A stretch of 64,000 nt of DNA from Dendrobates tinctorius (lineage: Eukaryota): the NCBI RefSeq assembly GCF_039654945.1, contig NW_027361688.1:1488001-1552000 (forward strand), read 5' to 3'. Of this stretch, positions 55,058 to 64,000 are shown piece by piece (position 1 is the first letter of the stretch; the number at the start of each line of letters is the position of its first letter). Made by a program: the position numbers and the translations under genes. The notes under the pieces were generated by a model, which searched no databases, had not been told where the DNA came from, and saw only the letters and a list, made by a program, of their open reading frames with translations.

Positions 55058-55461
55058 TCAATTTACCAAACCTCTCCAGCTTAACACCCACCCAGTTGAC
55101 CCCCACTCCATCTTTCTGAAGAACTATTCAACACCATTCCACCTGCAGCAAACTCAATGCCATTCATGACCTCTTTAACTCTATCAATCTATTCTTCCTG
55201 GGCCAGAGAAACATGGATGACACCCTCACCTGCTGTGTTATGGTGGCCTTCACTTCACCCACACTGCTCACCGTGAAAAAAAACCATGATGGAAGAGTTG
55301 GCCTTCTCCTTTTTAACAACTTCAACCCAATCCTATCTCTACCCTCCATTCATTTGAAGTGCACTCTGTCCGTATCCACTCTCCAAGTGGACGTGTGTTA
55401 CACACCTGTCCCAGATCTGGGTCCTCCTCCCTTCACATCAGGCTTTGCAGGTTCCCCGACA

Positions 55462-55641
55462 TCCATTTATATAATCGGCGTATTTTGTCTGTCTATAACG
55501 GAAATCCTTTGGCGCTGATTGGCTGCGCCCGGCCGTCCGCAACAAATCAGCGCATTTGAACGACGCATGCCTCCGTCGGGAGATCTGTGAGCGAGAGAGA
55601 TTATAGAATACCCGATGCGTTAGAATCGGGCCACCATCTAG
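55462..55641 (+). mobile_element. Non-autonomous Helitron (180 bp)
   Basis: 5' TC, 3' CTAG, hairpin CCCGAT-gcgttaga-ATCGGG at 55611-55630, inserted between A and T with no TSD; empty site near 12705. Confidence 0.88.
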
Positions 55642-56408
55642 TATGACAGAATCTCACTAGGCCTTTAAAGCCCATTATGACACAGACCTGTATCTTCGGA
55701 TTGCTATTCAAGACTCGAGTGTTGTGCACGTCTGTGCTGATCCTGCTTTTATGTCTGCATACTTCACTTCTTCCATCCAGCTGCTCCCAAGACTCTTGTG
55801 TGTGCCACGTCCTCGTTTCCCACGTGCTATCCTGCTAGCTACACCAATGCCGTGGGCCCGTGTACCCACCTTGGCTTAGTGGATACACTCCACAAGGTGA
55901 AATACTTAGGAGAAAGAACATGAGAGCACGCAATAAGTTCCATATAGAAAAAATATATAAATTTTTTATTATTATTATTAAATAGTTTACAAAAGATGGA
56001 TAAAACAAGATGTGCTCATAAACAATATGGACCATAAATCCCATGTACCGACCAAATCCCCTCCAGATGGAAAACCAGGTGAGAATATACTGACGGCCTC
56101 AAATCATGTCCAGGAACTAAAAATCGCCCCAGCAAATATAGAATCCACAAATCACGATAGCGGTAACTGGTATTACCAGTATCAACACACGCTAACAGCA
56201 GAGATCAAAGTGCTGGTGGACATGATAGATGACCATCAGAAAAAAGCCACCCCAGCTGATGTAAAATAAGTAGTCATGGAGGTAGAGGCTAGTAATACAA
56301 ATGCCAAAAATACACTGCCAATAGTATCAAAGAGCGCTGGTAGTGGTACAAAGTCGAATAAATGACAACTCACCAGGGAGGGGAAAAGGGGGGGGTCCAG
56401 TAGTGGGG

Positions 56409-56455
56409 CCTCCGACGCGCGTTTCGCGACGTCCCCCGCCGCTTTATCAAGGAGG
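56409..56455 (-). ncRNA. Minimal type I hammerhead ribozyme, U3-A8 variant
   Basis: CCTCC-TTGATAA-A-GCGGCG(gggga)CGTCGC-GAAA-CGCGCG-TC-GGAGG. Confidence 0.75.
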
Positions 56456-57348
56456 AGAGTGAATAGAAAGATCCCAGTAGGGCCTTCAAATAGCCCCTGA
56501 CCCCGGTCACATGACCGGCGTCAGCCAATCACAATGGCCTAAGCGGCGCATGCGCCGTGGTGTCCGCAGGTCCTATGCTGCAGCCCGGCGTCCACACACT
56601 GCGCATGCATCGGTACCCGAGGCATAGCGCACTGTGTAAAGGGACGCCGACCGCAGCATGGAGCAGCACACAGCACGGCGATGCGCACAGCCATATAACG
56701 ATTGAACTAGGACACAGTGTATGTAATCCCTGATCCAAGATTCCCTAACAAGGGGCCAAGATGACATAAGAATAAGCCCCATAATATCAGGAGCAATGAT
56801 GCTGTATGAAAGTCCTAAAAAATACTATAGACAATGATCCACAAATAACCCCCCCATCCGATAATATGTATATAGTATCGTACATTATATTAATTATAAG
56901 GAGTGAGCAGAAGATCATTAATACATAAAGGGTGAAATACAACAATATACAGCAAAAAATTCAAATAAACAGCAAATTCGATGTTATTCAACCCCTGAAT
57001 AGATGTTCTTGATTGTAGACAAAGGAAAATCAGATCCAGTATATAGGGCTACTTGAGGCAAAACCGGGACATATAAGATGATACTGAAAATAACAAAACA
57101 CATATCTCAGAATTAAAAACAATAAGATTAGGAAGAAAATAGATTAAAAACAACCACTAAGGGAAAACATAGGAAATATAGAGTCCTGCGGGACTTAAAA
57201 AAGACTGGGGAAACCATGTTACAATTCATTCAGGTTGGATCAAAGAAGAAAAGGTAATCTCACATAAAGTGAGATGTTGTAAATGAACAGGGGTCAAAGA
57301 AAGGGGGGGAACGGACAACCACAGAATTTTATTTGGCCAAATGGAGTG

Positions 57349-58605
57349 TCACAAAAATGGAATAAAACTCAAGGACTCATTCAGTCCCCTAGGTCTCATA
57401 GTGTCCAATCGGACAATCCACTTAACCTCCATTTGCCCAAGGATCTTTCTATGGTCCCCACCCCTTATGCCCATATGCAGAGCATCAATCCCCCTGATCT
57501 TTAATAGACTTGCCTCACAGTTATGATAAGCCCGGAAGTGTCTGGGGATGGTTTTCAATTCAGTGGAATCAGACATCGCCCTGGCTGCGCCAATGTCCCG
57601 CACATGTTCACGTGTCCGCACCCTCAGCTCCCTCGTGGTGAGGCCCACATAAATTTTAGGGCACGGACAAGTTGCATAGTAGACAACGTTAGACGTCCCA
57701 CATGATATCCGTTGTCTAATTGTGAACTCCCTATTACCATCAGAGGAGCTGAAGGTGGAGCAGCGTAGGACATTAGCGCAAGCCAGGCAATGTCCACACT
57801 GAAAAGATCCCCAGACCGGGCCACTAGTCCCAAAGAAATTTCTGGGGGTGGGTACATAGTGGCTCCGAACCAAGAGATCCCTTAAGTTCCTGGATCTACG
57901 CGGCGTCATGGAAGGGGAGTGTCCAAGGACGGTCCTCAGGGCTGGTTCTGTCTCCAAAATGGACCAATACTTTTGTAGAATGGTGCGCATATTGGACCAT
58001 TCATGATTGTATGTTGATATAAAACGTATAGGTCCATCTTTATCTCGTCTGCCAGTCTTCATAGTAGATTGTAGGAGACCATTGCGCGGGGTACATCTTG
58101 CTCGATCATAACCCCTCTTAATGCACCTACGACTGTAGCCCCTTTTGAGAAAGCGATCCCTCATATCTTGGGCTTGTTTTTCAAATCGATCATTGGTGGA
58201 GCAGATGCGTCGCATGCGGAGGAACTGTCCGACCGGGATGGCCCGCACAGTAGCCGGATCATGGGCCGAAGATGCATGTAATAAAGAATTGACAGAGGTG
58301 GGTTTCCTAAAGACGTCCGTCTGGATACGCCGATCAATGTCGATCTCCAGACGGACGTCCAGGAAATCCACAACCCTGCCATCATGCTTATATGTCAAGC
58401 GAATATTGTAATTATTGACATTTAATGACCTCATGAAATTCCCGAGCAGGTCGACCCCACCATCCCACAAAAATAAAATATCGTCAATGAAGCGGTACCA
58501 GCACAGCACATGGGAAGCGTCACGTGGGCCCCCGTCGCCAAAGAGATCCCTCTCCCAAGCCCCCAAAAAGAGGTTGGCGTACGAAGGCGCACAAGCCGCT
58601 CCCAC
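57349..58605 (-). CDS. Penelope RT C-terminal part plus GIY-YIG endonuclease (partial)
   Basis: GAACAPSYANLFLG, WYRFIDDI, FLDV, CGHCLAC, NVVYYATCPCPKIYVGLT, RTREH, PRGLN. Confidence 0.9.
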   Translation of the reverse strand: MGAACAPSYANLFLGAWERDLFGDGGPRDASHVLCWYRFIDDILFLWDGGVDLLGNFMRSLNVNNYNIRLTYKHDGRVVDFLDVRLEIDIDRRIQTDVFRKPTSVNSLLHASSAHDPATVRAIPVGQFLRMRRICSTNDRFEKQAQDMRDRFLKRGYSRRCIKRGYDRARCTPRNGLLQSTMKTGRRDKDGPIRFISTYNHEWSNMRTILQKYWSILETEPALRTVLGHSPSMTPRRSRNLRDLLVRSHYVPTPRNFFGTSGPVWGSFQCGHCLACANVLRCSTFSSSDGNREFTIRQRISCGTSNVVYYATCPCPKIYVGLTTRELRVRTREHVRDIGAARAMSDSTELKTIPRHFRAYHNCEASLLKIRGIDALHMGIRGGDHRKILGQMEVKWIVRLDTMRPRGLNESLSFIPFL

Positions 58606-59573
58606 ACTCTTGTGTGTGCCACGTCCTCGTTTCCCACGTGCTATCCTGCTAGCTACACCAATGCCGTGGGCCCGTGTACCCACCTTGGCTTAGTGGATAC
58701 ACTCCACAAGGTGAGCCTGACACCATTATATACCGACCCGTGGGCTCCATTTTTTTCGATCACTTCTCCACTTTCTCTCTTCTGACATTCCCACCATCAT
58801 CGTAGGCGACTTCAAAACACCAACTGACACCCACCAATCTGCAGCCTCCAAACTCCTATCACTTCCTTCACAATGATTCTCCAGATTAATCCACAGACGG
58901 AGATACAGTAGACCTCATCTTCACCCACCTCTGTTCCCTATCTAACCTTACAGCCTCATCTCTACCCCTTGCTGACCACTCTCTACTAATTTTCTCATCC
59001 TTGTCCTCTTCACCTACTCCAAGTCCCGCAGCTAGCGCATGTAGGGAGAAGGCTGGGATGAAGAAGACGTCGTGGAACAGGGGGTTGTGATGATGTTGTT
59101 TCATTCTATGCATTAATGTGTGATACAGTAATGTTATAGTTTATCCTTATGGCCAGTGTTGTGTGTTCTCCTATAGGCTATGCCTAAGGCTGTCCCTGGG
59201 AATCTGGGAGGTCTGTCCACTAGGGGAACCATACATCATACAGTAGATAGGGGCACAGTTTGCAATACACTAGGGATTAGATAGTTAATAGAGTTGGGAT
59301 TAGCCCACAGTTTGTGAGGGGTTAGATAAGCTTTTACAGAAAATGTTTTCTGGGTTACAGTGAGTCAGACACAGTATAGTCAGAGTCCAGGACTGAGTCA
59401 GAGTCCAGGGTGCAGTGGAGAGCAAGGCTAAACATAGCAGAGTTAGCAGTTTCTAGTGCAGCTAAGCTGCATCCAAAGAGAATGGGACAGTTCAGTGAGG
59501 AAAAAAAAAAAAAAAAAAAAGTTGTAGGATCACACAGCTGAATAGTAAAAAACAATTCTTCTTTATTTCACAC

Positions 59574-59714
59574 CATCATAAAAACGTGTAGATATATCCA
59601 CAAATGGATGAAAACAGAGTCACATTCTATGACTAAGGGCTGATAGCCAGAAACGCATGAGAATGTGACTCTGCTTTTATCCATTTGTGGATATATCTAC
59701 ACAATTTTATGATG
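59574..59714. repeat. Inverted repeat (~55-bp arms) around a degenerate hammerhead-like core, possible pLTR relic
   Basis: CATCATAAAA...CACATTCT / AGAATGTG...TTTTATGATG with central ATGACTAAGGGCTGATAGCCAGAAACGCATG. Confidence 0.65.
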
Positions 59715-60143
59715 CAAAATTAAGGAAAAATTGAGTAACTATCAACCACAAGACAAAAATAGAGAAAGAATAGGAACAAGTAATAATAATAATAATAATA
59801 ATAAATTTTATTTTTATAGCGCCGACATATTCCGCAGCACTTTACATTTCAGAGGGGATTTGTACAGACAATAGACATTACAGCATAACAATAATCACAT
59901 ACAGTAGATTATAACACATACCAAGAGGAAAGAGGGCCCTGCTCGCAAGCTTACAGTCTATGAGGAAAGAGGGAGACACGAAAGGTGGGTGGTAACAGTT
60001 ACCCTGAATTGTATGGACCAGTCATAATGTTAAGTGTGTAACAGTACAGACACAGAGGGCTAATGGAGGCATAAAGCATGTGGGAACATGATGCGGGGAA
60101 CCTGGTTATGGTAAAACTTTTGGCTCTGCCACACAGGGATAGA

Positions 60144-63100
60144 TTAGGTTAATGTGTTGGGGTGGTAGGCCAGTCTGAATAAATGCGTTTTCAGGACACG
60201 CTTAAAATTGTGGGGATTGGGGACTAATCGTATTGACCTGGGAAGTGCATTCCAAAGAATTGGTGCGGCACGTGTAAAGTCTTGGAGACGGGAGTGGGAG
60301 GTTCTGACTATTGAGGATGCTAATCTCAGGTCATCAGCAGAACGGAGGGTGCGGGTAGGGTGGTATACTGAAACAAGGGAGGAGATGTAGGGTGGTGCTG
60401 AGCCATGGAGGGCTTTGTGAGTGAGGGTAATAAGTTTATACTGAATTCTGGAGTGGATGGGTAGCCAGTGTAATGACTGGCACAAGGTAGAGGCATCAGT
60501 GTAACGATTGGTGAGGAATATGATCCTGGCTGCAGCATTCAAGACAGATTGGAGGAGGGAGAGTTTGGTAAGAGGGAGACCGATTAGAAGAGAGTTACAA
60601 TAGTCAAGACGAGAATGAATAAGAGAAACAGTAAGAGTTTTTGCAGAGTCAAAGGTAAGAAAAGGTCGAATTCTAGAAATGTTTTTGAGGTGCAGATGAC
60701 AAGAGCGAGCCAGTGATCGAATGTGGGGGGCAAAGGAAAGCTCGGAATCAAGTATGACCCCAAGACAGCGGGCCTGTTGCTGGGGAGTAATAGTGGAACC
60801 ACACACAGAAATGGCAATGTCGGGTATAGGTACATTAGTAGCGGGAGGAAACACCAGGAGTTCAGTCTTTGACAGGTTCAGTTTCAGATATAGTGAGGAC
60901 ATGATATTAGACACAGCGTTTAGACAATCGCCGGTGTTTTCTAGAAAGGCTGGCGTGATGTCAGGAGAAGAAGCGTATAATTGGGTGTCATCAGCATAGA
61001 GATGGTACTGGAAACCAAATCTACTGATTGTTTGACCAATAGGGGCAGTGTACAAGGAGAAGAGGAGGGGACCTAGAACCGATCCTTGGGGGACCCCAAC
61101 AGTAAGGGGAAAATGAGAGGAGGAGGAACCGGCAAAAGATACAGTAAAGGAGCGGTCGGAGAGATAGGAGGAGAACCAGGAGAGAACGGTATCCTTGAGG
61201 CCACTGGAACGGAGCATAGTGAGGAGGAGCTGATGATCCACAGTGTCGAATGCTGCAGAGAGATCCAAGAGAATTAGCATGGAGTAATGACCATTTGATT
61301 TAGCTGTTAGCAGATCATTAGAGACTTTAGTGAGGGCAGTTTCAGTGGAGTGTAAAGAGCGGAAACCGGATTGGAGAGGGTCGAGAAGAGAGTTTTCTGA
61401 GAGATAGCGGATAAGACGGGAGTGGACCAGGCGTTCCAGGAGTTTAGAGATGAAGGGAAGATTAGAGACAGGTCTATAGTTAGCGGCACAGTTTTGGTCG
61501 AGGGATGGTTTTTTAAGTAGTGGATGTATGATGGCATGCTTAAATGAGAAGGGAAAAATACCAGAAGAGAGAGAGAGGTTAAATATTTTAGTTAGGTGAG
61601 GGGTGACAGCAGGGGAAAGGGACTGAAGGAGCTGTGACGGAAATGGGTCACTGGTGCAAGTAGTTGGGCGAGAAGATGCAAGGAGCCTGCTTACTTCTTC
61701 TTCTGTGACTGGTTCAAAATCAGAGAGTGAGTTAGATGCAGTGGGGGAGGGAGGACGGTGCATTGTATGAGGTGATTGGGAGATAATTTCCTGTCGGATC
61801 TGGTCGATTTTTTCTTTGAAGTAATTGGCCAGATCGTCAGCTCGGAGCTCCGTGGTTAGGGCCTGTACTCTTGGATTGAGTAGAGAATGAAAAGTGTCAA
61901 AGAGACGTTTCGGGTTATTGGACAGTGAGGTGATGAGGGTGTTGAAATAGGATTGTTTGGAGAGGTGAAGGGCAGTGTTGTATGTTCTAAGCATAAACTT
62001 AAAATGGATGAAATCTTCGTGTAGATTGGATTTTCTCCACAGACGTTCGGCGCACCTGGAGCACCGCTGCAGGAAACGTGTTTGCACCGTGTGCCAGGGT
62101 TGTCGCCGTCTGCGTTGTGGTGTTCTATTTATAGGGGGTGCAAATTCATCCAGGGCACTTTGAAGTGTTTCATTGTAATGCTTCAATGCAGAATCAGGAC
62201 AGGAGAGGGAGGAGATAGGGGCCAATGAAGACTGCAAGTTCTTCATAAGTTTCTGGGTGTTAATGGCCTGTATGTTTCTATAAGTCTGGACAGTGGGGGT
62301 GACCTGAGCAGCCTGGCAGTTCTTGAAAGAGAATGAAAGAAGATTGTGGTCAGAGAGCGGGAGAGGGGAGTTTGCAAAATCATCCACTGCACAAAGCCGA
62401 GAGAAGACCAAATCGAGGGAGTTTCCGTCTTCATGCGTTGGAGAATTAGTAAGCAGCGAAAGGCCAAATGAGGAGGTTAGAGATAAAAGGTGAGTAGCAG
62501 ATGGGGAGAGGGGAAGAGCAATGGGGATGTTGAAATCACCCATGATGAGGGTAGGGATGTCACAGGAGAGAAAATGTGGAAGCCAAGTGGCAAAATGATC
62601 CAGGAACTGATGGGAGGGGCCGGGAGGACGATACACCACCGCCACTCGCATGGAGAAGGGGGTGTAGAGTCTGACGGCATGGACCTCAAAAGAAGGGAAG
62701 ACAAGTGAGGGTACTTGAGGGATAACCTGAAAGGTACATTTTGGTGATAGGAGCAGACCAACGCCTCCACCAGCTCTATTGTCTGATCTTGGGGTATGAG
62801 AGAAGTGAAGCCCCCCGTATGAAAGAGCAGCAGCAGCAGCGGTAGTGTCTGACTGCTGGATCCAGGTTTCAGTAAGAGCCAGGAGGTTAAGAGAATTAGA
62901 AAGGAAGAAGTCATGAATGAAGGAGAGTTTGTTACACACTGAGCGAGAATTCCAAAGTGCACAATTAAGAGAGACAGATGGCATGCAGGGAATATTAATA
63001 AGATTAGAGGGGTTTCTGAGTGTAGCAGTCGGGAGGTTTGACTTTCTATAACATGGGGGACCAGGGTTGGGAGCAATGTCTCCTGCGACTAGGAAAAGGA

Positions 63101-63413
63101 GGATAGAAAGAGTGAGCAGATGGTTAAGTGATTTGTGAGAGCGTCTCTGATGTTGAATGGTGGGACTGACTGGATCTGTGCAGTTTAACAACGTGAAAAG
63201 AGCATGAGTGCTATACATAGGAGAGGAAAGAAGCGAGGGGCCAATGTGAATGGAGTGTAGAGAGTTAATGCCAGGGCGGTTGATGTGTGTGAATGCAGCG
63301 GCCAGGATTAAAATTACACAAATGCATATGGTATATATTTGTTGTCCTCCAAATGTACAGGGAGTAGATGTATATAAATGTCTTACCTGTCTCCAGCCCT
63401 GTCTCACTGCCAT
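60144..63413 (-). CDS. L2 protein: hydrophobic leader, 2A-like motif, APE endonuclease, reverse transcriptase
   Basis: [56 protein letters not shown]. Confidence 0.93.
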   Translation of the reverse strand: MAVRQGWRQVRHLYTSTPCTFGGQQIYTICICVILILAAAFTHINRPGINSLHSIHIGPSLLSSPMYSTHALFTLLNCTDPVSPTIQHQRRSHKSLNHLLTLSILLFLVAGDIAPNPGPPCYRKSNLPTATLRNPSNLINIPCMPSVSLNCALWNSRSVCNKLSFIHDFFLSNSLNLLALTETWIQQSDTTAAAAALSYGGLHFSHTPRSDNRAGGGVGLLLSPKCTFQVIPQVPSLVFPSFEVHAVRLYTPFSMRVAVVYRPPGPSHQFLDHFATWLPHFLSCDIPTLIMGDFNIPIALPLSPSATHLLSLTSSFGLSLLTNSPTHEDGNSLDLVFSRLCAVDDFANSPLPLSDHNLLSFSFKNCQAAQVTPTVQTYRNIQAINTQKLMKNLQSSLAPISSLSCPDSALKHYNETLQSALDEFAPPINRTPQRRRRQPWHTVQTRFLQRCSRCAERLWRKSNLHEDFIHFKFMLRTYNTALHLSKQSYFNTLITSLSNNPKRLFDTFHSLLNPRVQALTTELRADDLANYFKEKIDQIRQEIISQSPHTMHRPPSPTASNSLSDFEPVTEEEVSRLLASSRPTTCTSDPFPSQLLQSLSPAVTPHLTKIFNLSLSSGIFPFSFKHAIIHPLLKKPSLDQNCAANYRPVSNLPFISKLLERLVHSRLIRYLSENSLLDPLQSGFRSLHSTETALTKVSNDLLTAKSNGHYSMLILLDLSAAFDTVDHQLLLTMLRSSGLKDTVLSWFSSYLSDRSFTVSFAGSSSSHFPLTVGVPQGSVLGPLLFSLYTAPIGQTISRFGFQYHLYADDTQLYASSPDITPAFLENTGDCLNAVSNIMSSLYLKLNLSKTELLVFPPATNVPIPDIAISVCGSTITPQQQARCLGVILDSELSFAPHIRSLARSCHLHLKNISRIRPFLTFDSAKTLTVSLIHSRLDYCNSLLIGLPLTKLSLLQSVLNAAARIIFLTNRYTDASTLCQSLHWLPIHSRIQYKLITLTHKALHGSAPPYISSLVSVYHPTRTLRSADDLRLASSIVRTSHSRLQDFTRAAPILWNALPRSIRLVPNPHNFKRVLKTHLFRLAYHPNTLT

Positions 63414-63716
63414 GTTATAACTGCCAGTACTTTGATAAATTGTACTTGGATAAAGTGTGCATAAATGCCCCCTGCATAAATGCTATCCCCAAGCTATGTC
63501 TGAATATATAGGAGGATAAGACTTAGAACTTTTTTTTTTTTTTGGGCTCTCTCTTCTCGTTAATCAATCACACTAAATTGAGACACCAGGACCCAATAAA
63601 ATGTTGTGGTCAAATAAACACATGTCCAGCACTACATGGATCATAAAGCACTTTGAAAAGTTTCTTGACCTCACAACATAAGGGGACAAGCAGAGTAAGT
63701 TGAAAAAAAACTATAT

Positions 63717-64000
63717 ACCATATAGAAGCTTGCAGAGTTGAAAACACAGAGATAGCATTCAGGATTAACTGCTTGCTGACATTGAATGGAGACACAGGAG
63801 TGGATTCAGAGCAGAGATTGGAAAAGCTGGTTACCATATAGAAGCTTGCAGAGTTGAAAACACAGAGATAGCATTCAGGATTAACTGCTTGCTGACATTG
63901 AATGGAGACACAGGAGTGGATTCAGAGCAGAGATTGGAAAAGCTGGTTACCATATAGAAGCTTGCAGAGTTGAAAACACAGAGATAGCATTCAGGATTAA
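63717..64000. repeat. 116-bp tandem repeat (at least 2.4 units)
   Basis: ACCATATAGAAG at 63717, 63833 and 63949. Confidence 0.95.

Larger units (their letters stand above)
55901..58605 (-). mobile_element. Penelope-like retroelement, 5' truncated within RT
   Basis: RT plus GIY-YIG ORF, long 3' region with a hammerhead, flanked by a 109-bp direct repeat. Confidence 0.92.
59781..64000 (-). mobile_element. L2-clade LINE, apparently intact; 5' monomers run off the window end
   Basis: (ATT)n tail at 59781-59803 after GCGCTATAAAAATAAAA; intact 1089-aa ORF. Confidence 0.93.

Overview
Vertebrate genomic DNA, very probably a frog or toad (inferred from the histone variants and TE families). It holds a replication-dependent histone gene cluster embedded in nested transposable elements. 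Histones: H4 x3, H2A x2, H2B x2 (both with an identical 128-nt N-mask) and H3.2 x1, all with 3' stem-loops, plus a decayed H1. The cluster is built from a repeated module (old L2 relic - H4 - H2B/H2A) present once inverted (about 11.7-18.9 kb) and twice in tandem (about 40.1-46.7 kb, and 49.0-59.5 kb without H2A/H2B). A diverged copy near 33.4-33.9 kb lacks the H4 gene itself. TEs: two long L2 LINEs (one intact) sharing 116-bp 5' monomers and a 2A-like motif, a 5.2-kb hAT, a DIRS1 with ITRs and ICR inside a TTAA element, Rex1, CR1, Tc1, two Penelope-like insertions with hammerhead-like motifs, a mini-Helitron and many MITEs. Several insertions are confirmed by empty paralogous sites within the window. 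Two large minisatellites (27.7-35.9 kb) appear expanded from a ~20-bp motif of the histone spacers. Everything was read by eye, so boundaries marked approximate are not exact.
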